Part shown: positions 33,599 to 45,656 of the stretch, piece by piece
Position numbering within the stretch: the first letter of the stretch is position 1
Layout of the letters: the number at the start of each line of letters is the position of its first letter
NCBI GenBank assembly: GCA_040285825.1
Contig: JAUPSS010000014.1
Span: 252,337 to 316,336, forward strand
DNA: 64,000 nucleotides
Direction: 5' to 3'
From: Eukaryota sp. TZLM1-RC
Taxonomy: Eukaryota > Protista > Metamonada: BaSk clade
The notes under the pieces: model-generated
Told to the model about the DNA's origin: nothing
The model's input: only the letters and a program-made list of their open reading frames with translations
Databases searched by the model: none
Position numbers and translations under genes: made by a program

Positions 33599-36082
33599 TT
33601 TTTTATTTATTGAATTTGCACACTTGATTAAATTAAATCATAACTAATGGGACGACTATCATTAAACCAAGATTTCCTCTACAAAATCTTGATTTGCTTG
33701 CTGTCTAGCTAAAGCTTCTCTAATTCGATTGAAAAACCGCGGTAATCTATTAATAATGGCAAATTGAATCCGTGAACGCCAAAAAAATATATCAAATCTT
33801 TTCATTGTTTTTTCTTGCACCATTTTTTGGAAGTCTTCAAAAAAGTTTCTGCTTCAACTGATAATCTTCCATTTATCGAAAATGGGAAAGCAATAAAAAT
33901 CAGCTTGTATTTCTATCGACATTAGCCTCTTCAATATCTTTATCATATTTTCTATGTTTCTCTTTTGCTTTAAAATCCAGAGTAGCCACAGGATTAAGTT
34001 TTCTTCTGTGAATCAAAGTATCATTTGCAACATTACATGAGACAAAGTCAACAATAGCTTCAGAATTATCAATCCAATCACAGTATACATCACCTCTATC
34101 ATCAGAACCAAAATTATTCAGAGAAAGTGTTTCCTTCAGCAAGGGCTCTTTGATACACGATATCCTTGCAGTTTGTGCCATATTGAAAACAGTGTCTCTC
34201 ACAGCATCATGTAATGAAGAACGATAAGTTATCAATTTAGAGCAATTCAGAGCATGGCGCAAAGTGAGTTGAGGTGAATTCGAACAAATACATTTTTCTT
34301 TTGATAATAAATGGTTAATGGGGATGTTCAAATATAATCTCATTTTTGTTACAAATGCTTCATTAGTGGCACACAATCCAAATCTTCGTGGTACAATGGT
34401 TACAAAAAGTGAAGAATCTGACGACTTGTTTTCACAAACACCCTTTTCCAATAACAATGAGTGAAGATCTTGATTTAAAACAGCCGAGCTGCATATATTA
34501 TTATCAAGATCTTTTTCATACATTCCAGTCAATCTTTTCTGTAATGTTCGAAGAGTGTACTTCAAATTTAAAACATTTTTTTCTGGAATATTGCCATTGA
34601 ATGATTGGGGAAAACATCGACCCCATTTTTCTACATCAATTCTTGAAATTTCTTCATTTAATGCAAAAACAGTGGAACTTTGCGTTGTCATCAATAAATC
34701 TTCCCAATCTGCAAATCTTTCGGAAAACTCAAAGATTGCATTTCTGCATCCACCAACAAAAGCACACGAGGTAAGAATAGAAGCCTTCGTCCACCCTAAA
34801 CCACCATAATGTGGACTAAGGTAAGCATGATCTGGAATTTGAAACATTTTACATCCCAGTAATTGAGACAGAACTTTTGCACGTAACTCATTAAACTTTT
34901 GAGCCAAAGGTCTAGTGACGAGAGGATTTGTAGATCGAAATATATGATTAAAATTGGAACTAAAACACAGTCTTATAATGGTAAATTTGGTGTGTTTTTT
35001 TATATCTAAATTCATCATTCGGTCAATTTTGTCAGAAATTGAGTTCAACTTTTCAAACAATTTTTTGGTAATTTCATCATTATTTCCTAAAAACGAACCC
35101 AAATGACGAATAGCATCAATTGAATATAATTTGGCTTGAATTTCAATATCATCAATTATTGTGGAAACTGGAGAATTCGATAACAAAACACATTTAAGTA
35201 AATTAAGTCGGAGACCAATTTTGGTAAATAATTCTTTAAAACATACAGTTGCTTTTTTCACAATATTTAAATCACCAATAAGCACAACATCATCCATATA
35301 TGCAATCATTTTTAGTGAAGGAAACATCTCTTGAATTTGAATTAGAATAGGATGAATGGCCAAACAAAACAAAAGAGGTCCTAGCGGATCTCCTTGCTTT
35401 ACGCCACTTGATGAACTCAAAATGTTGTTACCAAAATGTAAATTAGAATATGTGCAATATGTTGATTGAAAATATGGTATTAATTCCGGCATATATTGCA
35501 ATAGAGCACCATGGATACTGCGACGACTTAGTGAATTCAAAGCATTACTAAAATCCAATGACATGCATACATTGGATTCATTTTGACGAAATAAGACATC
35601 AGTAGCAAAAATCGCTGAAGAGACTCCATCTGTAGTATTTATACCATATTGAAAGGGTAATAAAATCTTTTTAGCTTTTTCATTGAACCTGCTTAAGCAA
35701 CACGCAGAAAAAATATTGTGTAAGCTCTCAGAGACTGCAATAGGACGAACATCCATTTTTGAATTTTTGACAAGTGCATTCAAACGAGAACTTCTTAATT
35801 CTTCTGGGTATTTGCGTTGACCAGATAATGTTTGGTTGAAAAATTTAGTCAATAAACCAAGGCAATCTTCTGAAGAAATAATCGCGGCTTTTACAGGATC
35901 AATAGTAATACCAGAAAGTCCGGCAGACTTACCACGAGGTCTCTTTTTGATAACCGAAAAAACTTCTGATGGCATCAATGGATAATTTTCCCAGTATGTG
36001 CCGTAAAAATTTTGATCCATTATAGGGTCTTCATAAGGATGAAGTATTTTTAGTTTATCTATTGTATTTTTATTGTTGGGTG
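33599..36082 (-). mobile_element. CRE-like family A, 2.5-kb 5'-truncated copy with continuous RT-RLE ORF
   Basis: ORF 33900-36020 (RT YMDD, zinc knuckle, RLE); short A-tail; 10-bp TSD CAGCAAAACT at 33589-33598 and 36083-36092. Confidence 0.93.
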
Positions 36083-37237
36083 CAGCAAAACTGCAAATTA
36101 AAAAGAGATCGGTTTGGAATTTCTTGAATTGATTGAACTATTTTAATTTAAAATGTCTGTGTTTCCGGAATAATACTTTTTTATTTGATTTAATTAAATT
36201 GAATTGTTGCCCTTATTGCTATATCACTTAAAGACCACGATATCCCATAAGACAGCTTTGGTATAGTTTGTAATTGCATTTAAGAAACTCTGTAACCTCT
36301 CTTTTCAAAGAAAATCTAAGATGTTGTTTGAATATTGCACTTGATCTTATAGCTCATGAATCAACTATATATTCAGAAATAAATAGATAACAATAATCAT
36401 AATGAAAATACAAAAAATAACTATCAATATTCAAAATGATAATAAAGACAAATGAAATACTTTTTAGACTTCTCAATTTTTTGGAAAACAAATTGCAATT
36501 TTTTAATTATTATTCAATTATTCAAATTGCAATTTTTTGATGAAATGCGTATTATATACCATTTTGGTATTGGTTATTTAATTTTCATTTGTCGAAATAA
36601 CTACAATATTTCAATATAATACATACAATAAATTGCAAAAATTCACACGAATACTTTCAACAATTGACCTAACCTAGACCAAAACTATACCTAATTGAAC
36701 TCTACAAACTCAATAATGGAAGATTTCCGTGATTGACTTTACCTAAAACTTGCTTGTTACTGCATTATAATACTATTTTCAATAAAGTTGAAATAACACA
36801 GAAAAACTTTAAATAATGATAAATGATGATACTACAAATAAAGCATTTCATCCTCAATTATACCAAAAGTTGAAATTGCAACGGAAACAAAATAAATGAT
36901 TGAATTATAAATCTATTTTACATTAAATTTGTCGATTTTGTGTCAAGAAATGGCATTGACGCCAGTGAAACAACTTAAACCTTGTAGTTAAATTGTAGTA
37001 GTTGTTGTCTTGTTGATTCTTTTACCGCATTCAGCAATGCGTAATGGATAGATGAGATGTTTGAATTGTTCAGATACATTTTTGTTGAAAAATGAATTCT
37101 TACCAGTTTGTCAAATTTAAATTAAATCCATGGTAGTGTTGAACTTGATGAAAGAATTCTTGTTGATGTGGCATTTTTCAAAAAGTAAATTGAGCATTTT
37201 GAGATAATAATCGAGGCATTAGGTTCACCTGCAGCAA

Positions 37238-40200
37238 ATGCCCCCTCAGCCCTATCCTGGCGATATCTACCTTCAATGCTGTCAAAAATACGGAATCTCT
37301 CCCAAAACCGAGCTTTTAAAGATCCTTCGAAGCGACAGACTATCAAAAGTACACCTAACCAATGACTTAGACACTCTTGATGTCTCTGCTGTACTTGAAG
37401 CTTTATCTCAAACTAACACATCAACTCTTCGCATTACCGGTATTGCCCTCGATCCCTCCACTGTGCAGACACTAGTTAAACTGCTCTCTTCTAGTAAAAC
37501 CATCACCAAGCTTGCCCTCCGCTCTACCCAACTTTCGTCTCAGAGCCTTTCCATCATTTTCAAGTCCGCTTCTTCTCTCAATGACCTGGTTATTGCTGAT
37601 AATTTTATCCCTGACGATTGTCTCTCCTCTCTTTCCTCTTCTCTGCCTTTTCTAACAACACTTTCCCTCATCTCCTGTCAGCTTACCGACAACTCATGCC
37701 ATGTCATCTCACCCTTCCTACGTACTTCCAAGCTCCAGTCACTCTACCTTGAGGACAATTCAATCACCTATCAAGGCACTGAGCTCCTTGCCTCGTCTCT
37801 ACCATCTTCACTTATTTCCTTCTCAATTGCTGGAAACCCCATTGCCAATAGAGGTGTGACTCTCCTCTCCCCTCTTCTCTGTTTGTTTTCCATACTTGAT
37901 CTTCGGTCATGCAACATTGGTCCCCATGGTATTGCTTCTCTCTGCCAATGTCTCTCTGACAACGCCGGCAACGTCACTGCTTTGGCGCTTGATGATAATA
38001 GAATTGGTTCTAAGGGTGCACTTTCCCTTGCAAGAATTCTGACTTCTTTGAAAAATCTTGAAGAATTATCCTTGAATAACAACAAAATTGGTGATGGTGG
38101 CGCTGTCGCTTTGGCTTACGCAGCCGCAATGCATGATTCTTTGGTTAAATTGTTCTTGGAGGACAATCTGGTGGGAGATAAAGGTGCTGAAGCTTTGGTT
38201 AATGTTTTCAATAATAATAGTAAAGTTTTGTTTGTTTCTATTATTGGAAACTATCTCACTGAGGAAGGTGAAGTTTTGATTGGTAATCAATTAGAGGAAG
38301 TCAATCAAAGTCAAGGTGAGTTTAATATTGACGGTCAAAATGATTACGTGATGACGTGTGATGACGTGTACATGACACGCGAGCTAGAGGAATGGTTTTT
38401 TTCTAATAGAGATGATATCTATTGTAATGTTTCTGCAGTCATTCAAAGATATAGAACAGATCAAGAAGAGATCAATGATGAAATTTTTGGAATTTTGCAC
38501 TCATTAGCTGGTCCTTCAATGGACAACGTCAGTCTTGAGGATTCTGATAGAATTCCAACGACTATTGACCTTTCCAATCAAAATATTACTCCTGCTGACG
38601 TGTCAGCTTTTGCAGAAGCCCTCAGACTTTGTAACACAATCAGCAAAATTACCATTAGCAATACCAATTTCCATTGTGAACATGCTAGAATTCTTTCGAC
38701 TTCTTTAATAAACTCAGCCACCCTCAGAACCTTTTCTCTCCGTCATCATTCTCTTGCTGCTGATGGTTCTTTTGTTTTGGGACAAGCTTTGGGTAGTAGT
38801 GGGGTGGTTAGAGTGGTCATTACTGATTCGAGTACTTTGAATGATCATGGCTTGAGTTATCTTTTAAAAGGGTTAATGACTCACACAAACTCAATCACGT
38901 CACTTGATTTGTCGAGATTGGCCATCACATCACGTGCACTTTCCTATTTAGGAAAGTATTTGTCGACTACCAATACAATTCAAGATTTGTGTTTAGATGG
39001 GAGCAATCTTTCTAACAATAGCAACTCTGACTTTAAAACGTTTGTAGAATCAATAATAATGGCAAATAATTCTCTAAATAGTCTTTCTCTGAGATCTTGT
39101 GGTCTTGATGACGTGATCCAATCAGATTTGATTGGGTTAGTTACCAAGAGTAGTTCGCTCAAAAAGTTGATATTGGAGGATAACAAATTTTCAGTAACAT
39201 GTCAAGAAGAGATCACGAGCAGGGCAAATTTTGTCGAAGTTTCCTTTAATGGGGGTCTCAATAGAACATCTAGAACCCCCGTTTTGAAAACTTCAAAATT
39301 TGTTCATCAGCCAATCAATGATGATGTGTTGGATGACGTTTCTGATTGCAAAAAATTGGAAGATGAGCTCTCAAAGGTTGTCAATCAAATAGAGTGTTTA
39401 AATATCAAGAAAAACCATCTGCTTTCAGCGATAAGGAGGAAAAAAGAAGAAAAAATCCAGGAAATTTCTGAAAAACATCTAGAAATTGCTCTCGGTGAGG
39501 CTTCTAAATCTACCGAAAACAAAGCTCCATCCATGACTGAGATTTCAAAAGAATTCAAGCTTGATTATGACCGTAGCTATCGTACTTACACTGCTAATAT
39601 TGCTTTTGTTGATTCTAAAGTTAGAAGCATTTCTGAAGAGGTCAATAAAACTAGGAAAAGTCTTGAAGATTCTGACACTGTGGTCAATGATTTTCTTGCT
39701 AAAAGAGATGGTCTTATCAATCAAATGAAGGAAATTCTACTTGAGAATGATGGTTTAACCAAAGCAGAATCAATACAAAACGAGCTTGAAAAACTTGAAT
39801 CAATGGTGTTGGAATCAATCAAAAAACGTGACACATTACGTGATCAGCTGTTGACCCTTGTTGACCAATTATCTGACAGTATCTCTGAATACAAGAGCCA
39901 CTTGCATAGCTTTGAAAGCCATTTGGACCAAATATTAACTGATGAAGGTGGCAACAACAGTCCTAATTCTACTCTGGACAAGGCATATGAGGTGTTAACA
40001 TTAAATTTAACCAAATTGGCCGAATTAAAGTCATTCTGTGGTTTAGTTGAACAGCGAGATAAAGAAGCTTTTGATAAATGGACCCGATCAAAAGAAAAGT
40101 TAGATTTAGTGCGTAATAGCTTGAATGATGCTGAAAATGAAGAAATTAATTCATATGAGGCATTTCTCCAAGCCAGGAGGTGCACTCAAGAAGCTTATCA

Positions 40201-40789
40201 AGAAGAACAATGTTTGGTGCATAGCATGGGATTGGATGATTTGGGAATTAAAGTTGATAATGTTGATGATATCACTTCTGATTTGGTCCCTATTGCTCAA
40301 AGTAATTATGAATTTTATTCGAAAATAGCAGCAGAAAAGAATAATTTGGGAAAGAATTTGAAAAAATTGCTTGATCATACCAGAGATTCGTTTTCTATAG
40401 CGGACATGATTAAAACCGCTCAGCAAAATTTTGAAACAGCAAGGGAAAAATTGGCATTGGCTCAAGAAGCTAGAGCTGACGCAGATACTCTCCGTCAGCA
40501 AATCAATGATTGGGGAATCCAAATTAGTAAGCTTGAAACTTCCTTACACTTAACCCGAGAAGACCAGAATCGGGCCAGAATAAGAGGTGATTTTTCTAAA
40601 TTCAGGGAGACTCAGAAAACAATTGAAGAGTATTCGTCACATTTGAATGCATTGCAAGAAGCAAGGAATTCAGCTGTAGATGATCTCTCTAGGTTAGAGA
40701 AAGTGGGGGTTGAAGCTGAAGAATCTGTTGTTCAAGAGTTTGGGGAGACGGCGTCTGAATATTTTTTGGTTTTTGACAAGTTGAACTGA
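37238..40789 (+). CDS. RNI-like (NLRC3/CARMIL-type) leucine-rich-repeat protein with C-terminal coiled coil
   Basis: Repeated L..L.L..N.IG..GA..LA units in two blocks; heptad-rich C-terminal ~450 aa. Confidence 0.85.
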   Translation: MPPQPYPGDIYLQCCQKYGISPKTELLKILRSDRLSKVHLTNDLDTLDVSAVLEALSQTNTSTLRITGIALDPSTVQTLVKLLSSSKTITKLALRSTQLSSQSLSIIFKSASSLNDLVIADNFIPDDCLSSLSSSLPFLTTLSLISCQLTDNSCHVISPFLRTSKLQSLYLEDNSITYQGTELLASSLPSSLISFSIAGNPIANRGVTLLSPLLCLFSILDLRSCNIGPHGIASLCQCLSDNAGNVTALALDDNRIGSKGALSLARILTSLKNLEELSLNNNKIGDGGAVALAYAAAMHDSLVKLFLEDNLVGDKGAEALVNVFNNNSKVLFVSIIGNYLTEEGEVLIGNQLEEVNQSQGEFNIDGQNDYVMTCDDVYMTRELEEWFFSNRDDIYCNVSAVIQRYRTDQEEINDEIFGILHSLAGPSMDNVSLEDSDRIPTTIDLSNQNITPADVSAFAEALRLCNTISKITISNTNFHCEHARILSTSLINSATLRTFSLRHHSLAADGSFVLGQALGSSGVVRVVITDSSTLNDHGLSYLLKGLMTHTNSITSLDLSRLAITSRALSYLGKYLSTTNTIQDLCLDGSNLSNNSNSDFKTFVESIIMANNSLNSLSLRSCGLDDVIQSDLIGLVTKSSSLKKLILEDNKFSVTCQEEITSRANFVEVSFNGGLNRTSRTPVLKTSKFVHQPINDDVLDDVSDCKKLEDELSKVVNQIECLNIKKNHLLSAIRRKKEEKIQEISEKHLEIALGEASKSTENKAPSMTEISKEFKLDYDRSYRTYTANIAFVDSKVRSISEEVNKTRKSLEDSDTVVNDFLAKRDGLINQMKEILLENDGLTKAESIQNELEKLESMVLESIKKRDTLRDQLLTLVDQLSDSISEYKSHLHSFESHLDQILTDEGGNNSPNSTLDKAYEVLTLNLTKLAELKSFCGLVEQRDKEAFDKWTRSKEKLDLVRNSLNDAENEEINSYEAFLQARRCTQEAYQEEQCLVHSMGLDDLGIKVDNVDDITSDLVPIAQSNYEFYSKIAAEKNNLGKNLKKLLDHTRDSFSIADMIKTAQQNFETAREKLALAQEARADADTLRQQINDWGIQISKLETSLHLTREDQNRARIRGDFSKFRETQKTIEEYSSHLNALQEARNSAVDDLSRLEKVGVEAEESVVQEFGETASEYFLVFDKLN

Positions 40790-41639
40790 GTTTATTGTTT
40801 TTGTAAAGTATTGTAATTTCTTTTGTTTTGTGAAATTTTTTGAAAATATAAATTAATTAATTATATAAATTAATTCAGATCTTGAGCTAATAGTTCTTTG
40901 AAAATGATAAAGTTGAGAGCAATATTTTCTTCTATTCCTTTTTGTTCCTGCAGTGTCGCAAATTAACTATGTTTCTGCTTTATTTGAGACCTATTTAAAC
41001 TGCATAGTTGAACTCCATAAACTCAATGATTTTCGTAATGGGAGATTTTCGTGATTGACTCTTCTCAAATCTCGATTGTTACAGTATTAAATTGAATTTT
41101 GTATTATTGTTTCAAATACAGTTGAACAGTAGAGCAATTTTAACTAAACAAAATACAGTTCTGTAATTCCAATTCAGGAAGTACATTCGATCGCTCTCTT
41201 TATCAAATTTGTGTAAATTTTCAACTATCAAGGCAAATTGAAACAAAAGGGCCTAAACAATTGAATTATGCTTTCTGCTACTTCTACGTTATAGTAACAT
41301 TAATTCCCAATCACATTTGTTGAAACGATTATTACTGATCCATTGACTAGAACGTTTAGATCGAGGGGTCACTAGGACTTTTCAATGTGGACAATCTGTA
41401 TTTTCTCAAATTTGAAGGTGGTCTTGGTATTCCTTATCTTGCCTTATTGTAAAAAGAAAGTCTCACTCAGAAATGGCATTTGTTTTGTGTTTGTCAACCA
41501 AATTGATCGCCTAATGTTGCCACAAATGAAACAATTCCTAAAGTTGTTCGAAGTGTTCTTTTATTTTGTTATTTGCATTCAGTTCCTGTTTTCGAAACAT
41601 TTAATTAAACATTACGTTATCAAATTGTGAATACAACTC

Positions 41640-42250
41640 TGAATAACCTTTGACTCAAAGAGCAAGTATTTCACTCCCCATTCTTTCATGTACTTTAATG
41701 CATTTTTAATGCAGTGCTCTACTTTTGGTTTTTTTTGTCCAGTTTTCCGTCTTGTTCTGAAACAGTGTTAAATAATTGCTCAGAAACATCGTTAATTAAT
41801 TGTTTAGCAACATTGTTAGTACAATATTCTCCAAAAGATATCCTCAAATGCTTTTTGAGTGTGGTACAAGAAGAGGAATATCTAAAGACACAGAAAAGAG
41901 AAGTGGGACGTGCTGACATTAAGTCAGTATTTTGATCCAATGATTTAGCAAGTAGATACGTCTCTTCTGCCACATGAATATGATGATGGTGAACCATATC
42001 ATCAAAGCTTGTTGACCAGTTTCATAATTCAAATAGCCTTTTTCCATCATCTGTTGTCTTTGTTTTGCCTAAATAGGTCTTCATGATACAAAGCAAATAT
42101 TTTTCATTAGTGAAAGAATTGTGCCAGTAGCTTTTTTGTGTTTTTTTTGGTTATTCTATTCCCCTCCCGATTGTTTGTGGTGGTTGGTTTAGGTGATATC
42201 AGTCCTTTATTTCAACTGTAATCATACAACATTGGCGATATTCGGAAAGT
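41640..42250 (-). mobile_element. Decayed DDE_1 (pogo/CENP-B-like) transposase remnant
   Basis: Fragments resembling W.N..T..KYL, QALMIW..H, NTDL.., LKKHLRISFGEY..VAKQL across stops and frameshifts; no TIRs recognised. Confidence 0.4.
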
Positions 42251-42967
42251 AAATAAGCAAAAGGTGAACCTTCAACGTTTGTTACAGGAAAAAATGAATG
42301 CGAATCTTCAGGCAATGTTGTTGGATAACCTTGAACAACTTTTTACAACGTTTCTCCTTCATGAGCTCATTTTAGCGAATACCATCATAACTAATTCTCA
42401 ATAAACCTATAATAATTTATTGAATCTATTTTGCAAGACAGTAAAACAAGTTGTAAATCTCGAACTGGACAATTCCCTAAAGTCTGGTTTCAATTGTTCC
42501 AAAGAATAATCGGAACCGTTCTAGTACAAACTGAGCAAATTCATATTGTTTTTCACTTGAATATTTCTGGTAAACTCAGATCAACTTTGGCTTTGAACTT
42601 AAATAGATACTTGAGTAGTAAAAAGACATGAGTCAATTTCAAACAGTTTTGGAAACTCCCACTTTCTTTCCAAGAATATATGAAGTTTACCCCCTCCCCC
42701 AAGTCACTATGTAAATTTTCCTCTGGTTGTGACCTTTTGTTGTTGCTACCACCAAACAGACAAAAACGAAAAATTGGAAAATAAATAAAATAAATAAGTA
42801 AAATTGGATTAGTTCATTTCCCACGGTTTGCAATGATTTTTGACAAACATCTGATTTTTTTAAAATTTATCACAGAATTAGACAAAATAAATCAAAACTA
42901 CAGTGGTAACAAATTAATAAAAACAAACACTTTTGAATAAACTACTTGCTTCTAGACAACTTGATTT

Positions 42968-45217
42968 TCAATTTTGAACTGCATAGTCACAGAATGTTTC
43001 AATCAAATATCTAGAAAGTTTACTCGCTGAATACTGAATCCACCATGGAAAACAAGATAATTCAACTAAATAATCATTCTTGATTAGTTTAACACATTTA
43101 ATTAAACCGTGATTAATAAGTTTTGTTGGAGACAGAGGAGAATTTATGAGATTATATTCATATGATTCAATCACTTGAATGAAATTTAAAGAAGGAAAGT
43201 TTTGTTCAGTGATGTTGGAAGGAACAAAGTTATGGAATACTAATTCCTTCACGTTTAATAACACAATGTTAATACTGACACTGGAACCAACTTCTAATCT
43301 AACAATGGAGTGAGGCAAAGGTATTTTTCCTTCGAATATACTTTCTGTAAGAGTACCATTCAGAACCACCAATTCTTTTAATGATGTAACATGGCTTAAA
43401 TCACAAACTTGAATGTAATCATCCTTGAGTACTAACTTCACTAGTGAAGGGGGTAATTGTTCTATAAAAAGATCACAGCCAAGCTCTAATTCTTTAATAT
43501 TTGAAAAATGTACCAAGTTCACTGGATGCATTTGATCGTATTTAGACCATCCACCAAGCTTGACAACCTCAACATTTGGGAAAAAGGACAGTAATTGTGG
43601 ATCATAATCAACTTCATCATAGTAAACATTAAGTTTTTTAATTCTAGTATCAATTACTTTGGGACCTTTATAACCACTAGTCAATAGTAATTGTAAATCA
43701 CAAATATTATCCTTTAAATTTAAATTTTGAGGATTTTTTAAAAACATCACGTTTTGAATTGAATGAACACTAAACATTTCTTGAGCAAATTGAGCTACCC
43801 TTTTACTAATACCACATTTAGTGTAAAATCTTGCTTTAACATACGGATTATTACCAAAAAGATTTTTCAAATAATTTAAATATTCCAAATAAACAAGCCT
43901 AATTAGACCACTGAACATTCTATCCAAGGGTCGTTTTGGATAATGAAAACTGCCAAGTATTTCAGACCCAAATATTTTGACAGGTTGTGGTCGATCAATC
44001 AAATCACCTGTACCTAATTGACCTTTATCGTTCCTTCCCCAAGCCCAAACAGTGTTTTTGTTGTAGGCAAAAAGAAAGTTATAGCCTAAAGAAATACCTT
44101 CTATATTAGTTAAACCATCGATACATATTGGTACATCACTAGTTTTGTAAAAATCACCAACAGTACGGAACAAGCTCCACAAGAAAACTTTACCCTTAAT
44201 GTCAATGGCAGCATAATTTGATCCCAGCCCAACAACAGAAGAAATGTTTTGTAACCCCGCAACTTTGATTGGTTTTTCGTTAAATATTTCATCAAAACCC
44301 TTGTCAAACCTCCAAACATCACCATGAATGTCAATGACAAAAAGGAAATCTGCAGCTAACGTAAAGGAATCCTGGAATGGTGTTTTTAATGATAAATAAT
44401 TCGTGACTGCTAGTTTGTGGGTCGGAGTGGAGACATAACTAGAGCTCAAGTCGTCTTCCGCAATATAGGGATAATAGAAATCACCAACTTTATCAATTGC
44501 CACAAAAGAATCATCAGAAACAGAAATAGAAACAATATTAGTTAATTCTTTAATTATTTCAAATGATTTACCATCTCCCCATTTAACAACTTGACCGTCT
44601 TGTGTCAAAGCAAATGAAGAAACAAAGCTACAGTAAACTTCCTTAATATTATAAGGAATTTTTATCAAAGTAATTGGCAATGTGACTCTCTTTGACATGT
44701 TAATCTGCTGATCATCATTACGCCCCCAACCATACAACTTACCTTCAGAAGAGAGGGCAAGGGAATGGCAATCACCAGCTGAAATGGTTACAATATTAGT
44801 TAATGGCAGTTTGATTGGTGATTTGAGTTTTTTAGGTCCATTGTAGAAAACTTGACCAGAAGGGTTATCCTCCCAACCATAAACCTCACCAGAATAAGTG
44901 AGAAGAATAGCGTGTCCTCGGCCACGCGAAATAACTTTAACTCCTGCTGCTCGGTCGATAGGAACAGTGTCAGGAAGGGGAGAACGCAGCGAATCGTTAT
45001 GGGTGAAAGAGGGATCGGAAACATGCAACAAAGTGGTATGGGACAGGGTCTGTGTACAGAAATTTGCCTTTCTCTCTGGTTGATATGTAGCGTGAGCATA
45101 CGACAGGAGATTTAGAGGAACTGCTGTAGAATCATGGCGTTCTGTTCCAGAACACGTAGGATAAGTCATTGACATCAGGTGTAAATGAATGAATGAAAAA
45201 ACAACCTTTTGATACAT
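42968..45217 (-). CDS. RCC1-repeat protein, paralogue of 30151-32439
   Basis: Same architecture with long blocks of near-identity; true start may be the downstream MSMTYP. Confidence 0.85.
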   Translation of the reverse strand: MYQKVVFSFIHLHLMSMTYPTCSGTERHDSTAVPLNLLSYAHATYQPERKANFCTQTLSHTTLLHVSDPSFTHNDSLRSPLPDTVPIDRAAGVKVISRGRGHAILLTYSGEVYGWEDNPSGQVFYNGPKKLKSPIKLPLTNIVTISAGDCHSLALSSEGKLYGWGRNDDQQINMSKRVTLPITLIKIPYNIKEVYCSFVSSFALTQDGQVVKWGDGKSFEIIKELTNIVSISVSDDSFVAIDKVGDFYYPYIAEDDLSSSYVSTPTHKLAVTNYLSLKTPFQDSFTLAADFLFVIDIHGDVWRFDKGFDEIFNEKPIKVAGLQNISSVVGLGSNYAAIDIKGKVFLWSLFRTVGDFYKTSDVPICIDGLTNIEGISLGYNFLFAYNKNTVWAWGRNDKGQLGTGDLIDRPQPVKIFGSEILGSFHYPKRPLDRMFSGLIRLVYLEYLNYLKNLFGNNPYVKARFYTKCGISKRVAQFAQEMFSVHSIQNVMFLKNPQNLNLKDNICDLQLLLTSGYKGPKVIDTRIKKLNVYYDEVDYDPQLLSFFPNVEVVKLGGWSKYDQMHPVNLVHFSNIKELELGCDLFIEQLPPSLVKLVLKDDYIQVCDLSHVTSLKELVVLNGTLTESIFEGKIPLPHSIVRLEVGSSVSINIVLLNVKELVFHNFVPSNITEQNFPSLNFIQVIESYEYNLINSPLSPTKLINHGLIKCVKLIKNDYLVELSCFPWWIQYSASKLSRYLIETFCDYAVQN

Positions 45218-45656
45218 TTAACCATGAAGCAGCATCTGCTGCTGCTGTTGGTTATTATGAAAACCTGTTTCATACACAGCCGCTGTTGAAATTTTATTCA
45301 TCATATGTCTGGAAAACAAGCATGAAGAGTCGAGTCGCGCTGTTTCAAAAGTTTTCAAATCATGTAAAAATAATTGTGTATCGAATATATTAATAGCACA
45401 ATTGTACATTCTCTAATTGTCCAGGTTGTGAAACAGATGGGTAATGGGTCATCTTTGTATTAAGACAAAGTGGGAGATTGTAGTTAGTGAGTATTTTTTT
45501 GAAAACATCACCGCTAGCTTCGAGGAAACCTCCGTTGCAGTCTTTAAATCGGGTATAAATCTCATCTAATGATGCAATAAGGATGTATTGATCGTACCAA
45601 ATTACACAAAGGGAAATTGATTTGATTTCCACAACATTTTACCAAACTGTGAGCAA

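Larger units (their letters stand above)
32532..36135 (-). mobile_element. CRE-like family D 3' portion, hosting a solo LTR and a family A copy
   Basis: Reads through QSIQEIPNRSLFNLQFCCKKLQQKLSKIFESLDFDV..CKC..IESFLEP..RGD..LDVMSVDPHN/ASNE once the two inserts are removed. Confidence 0.8.
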
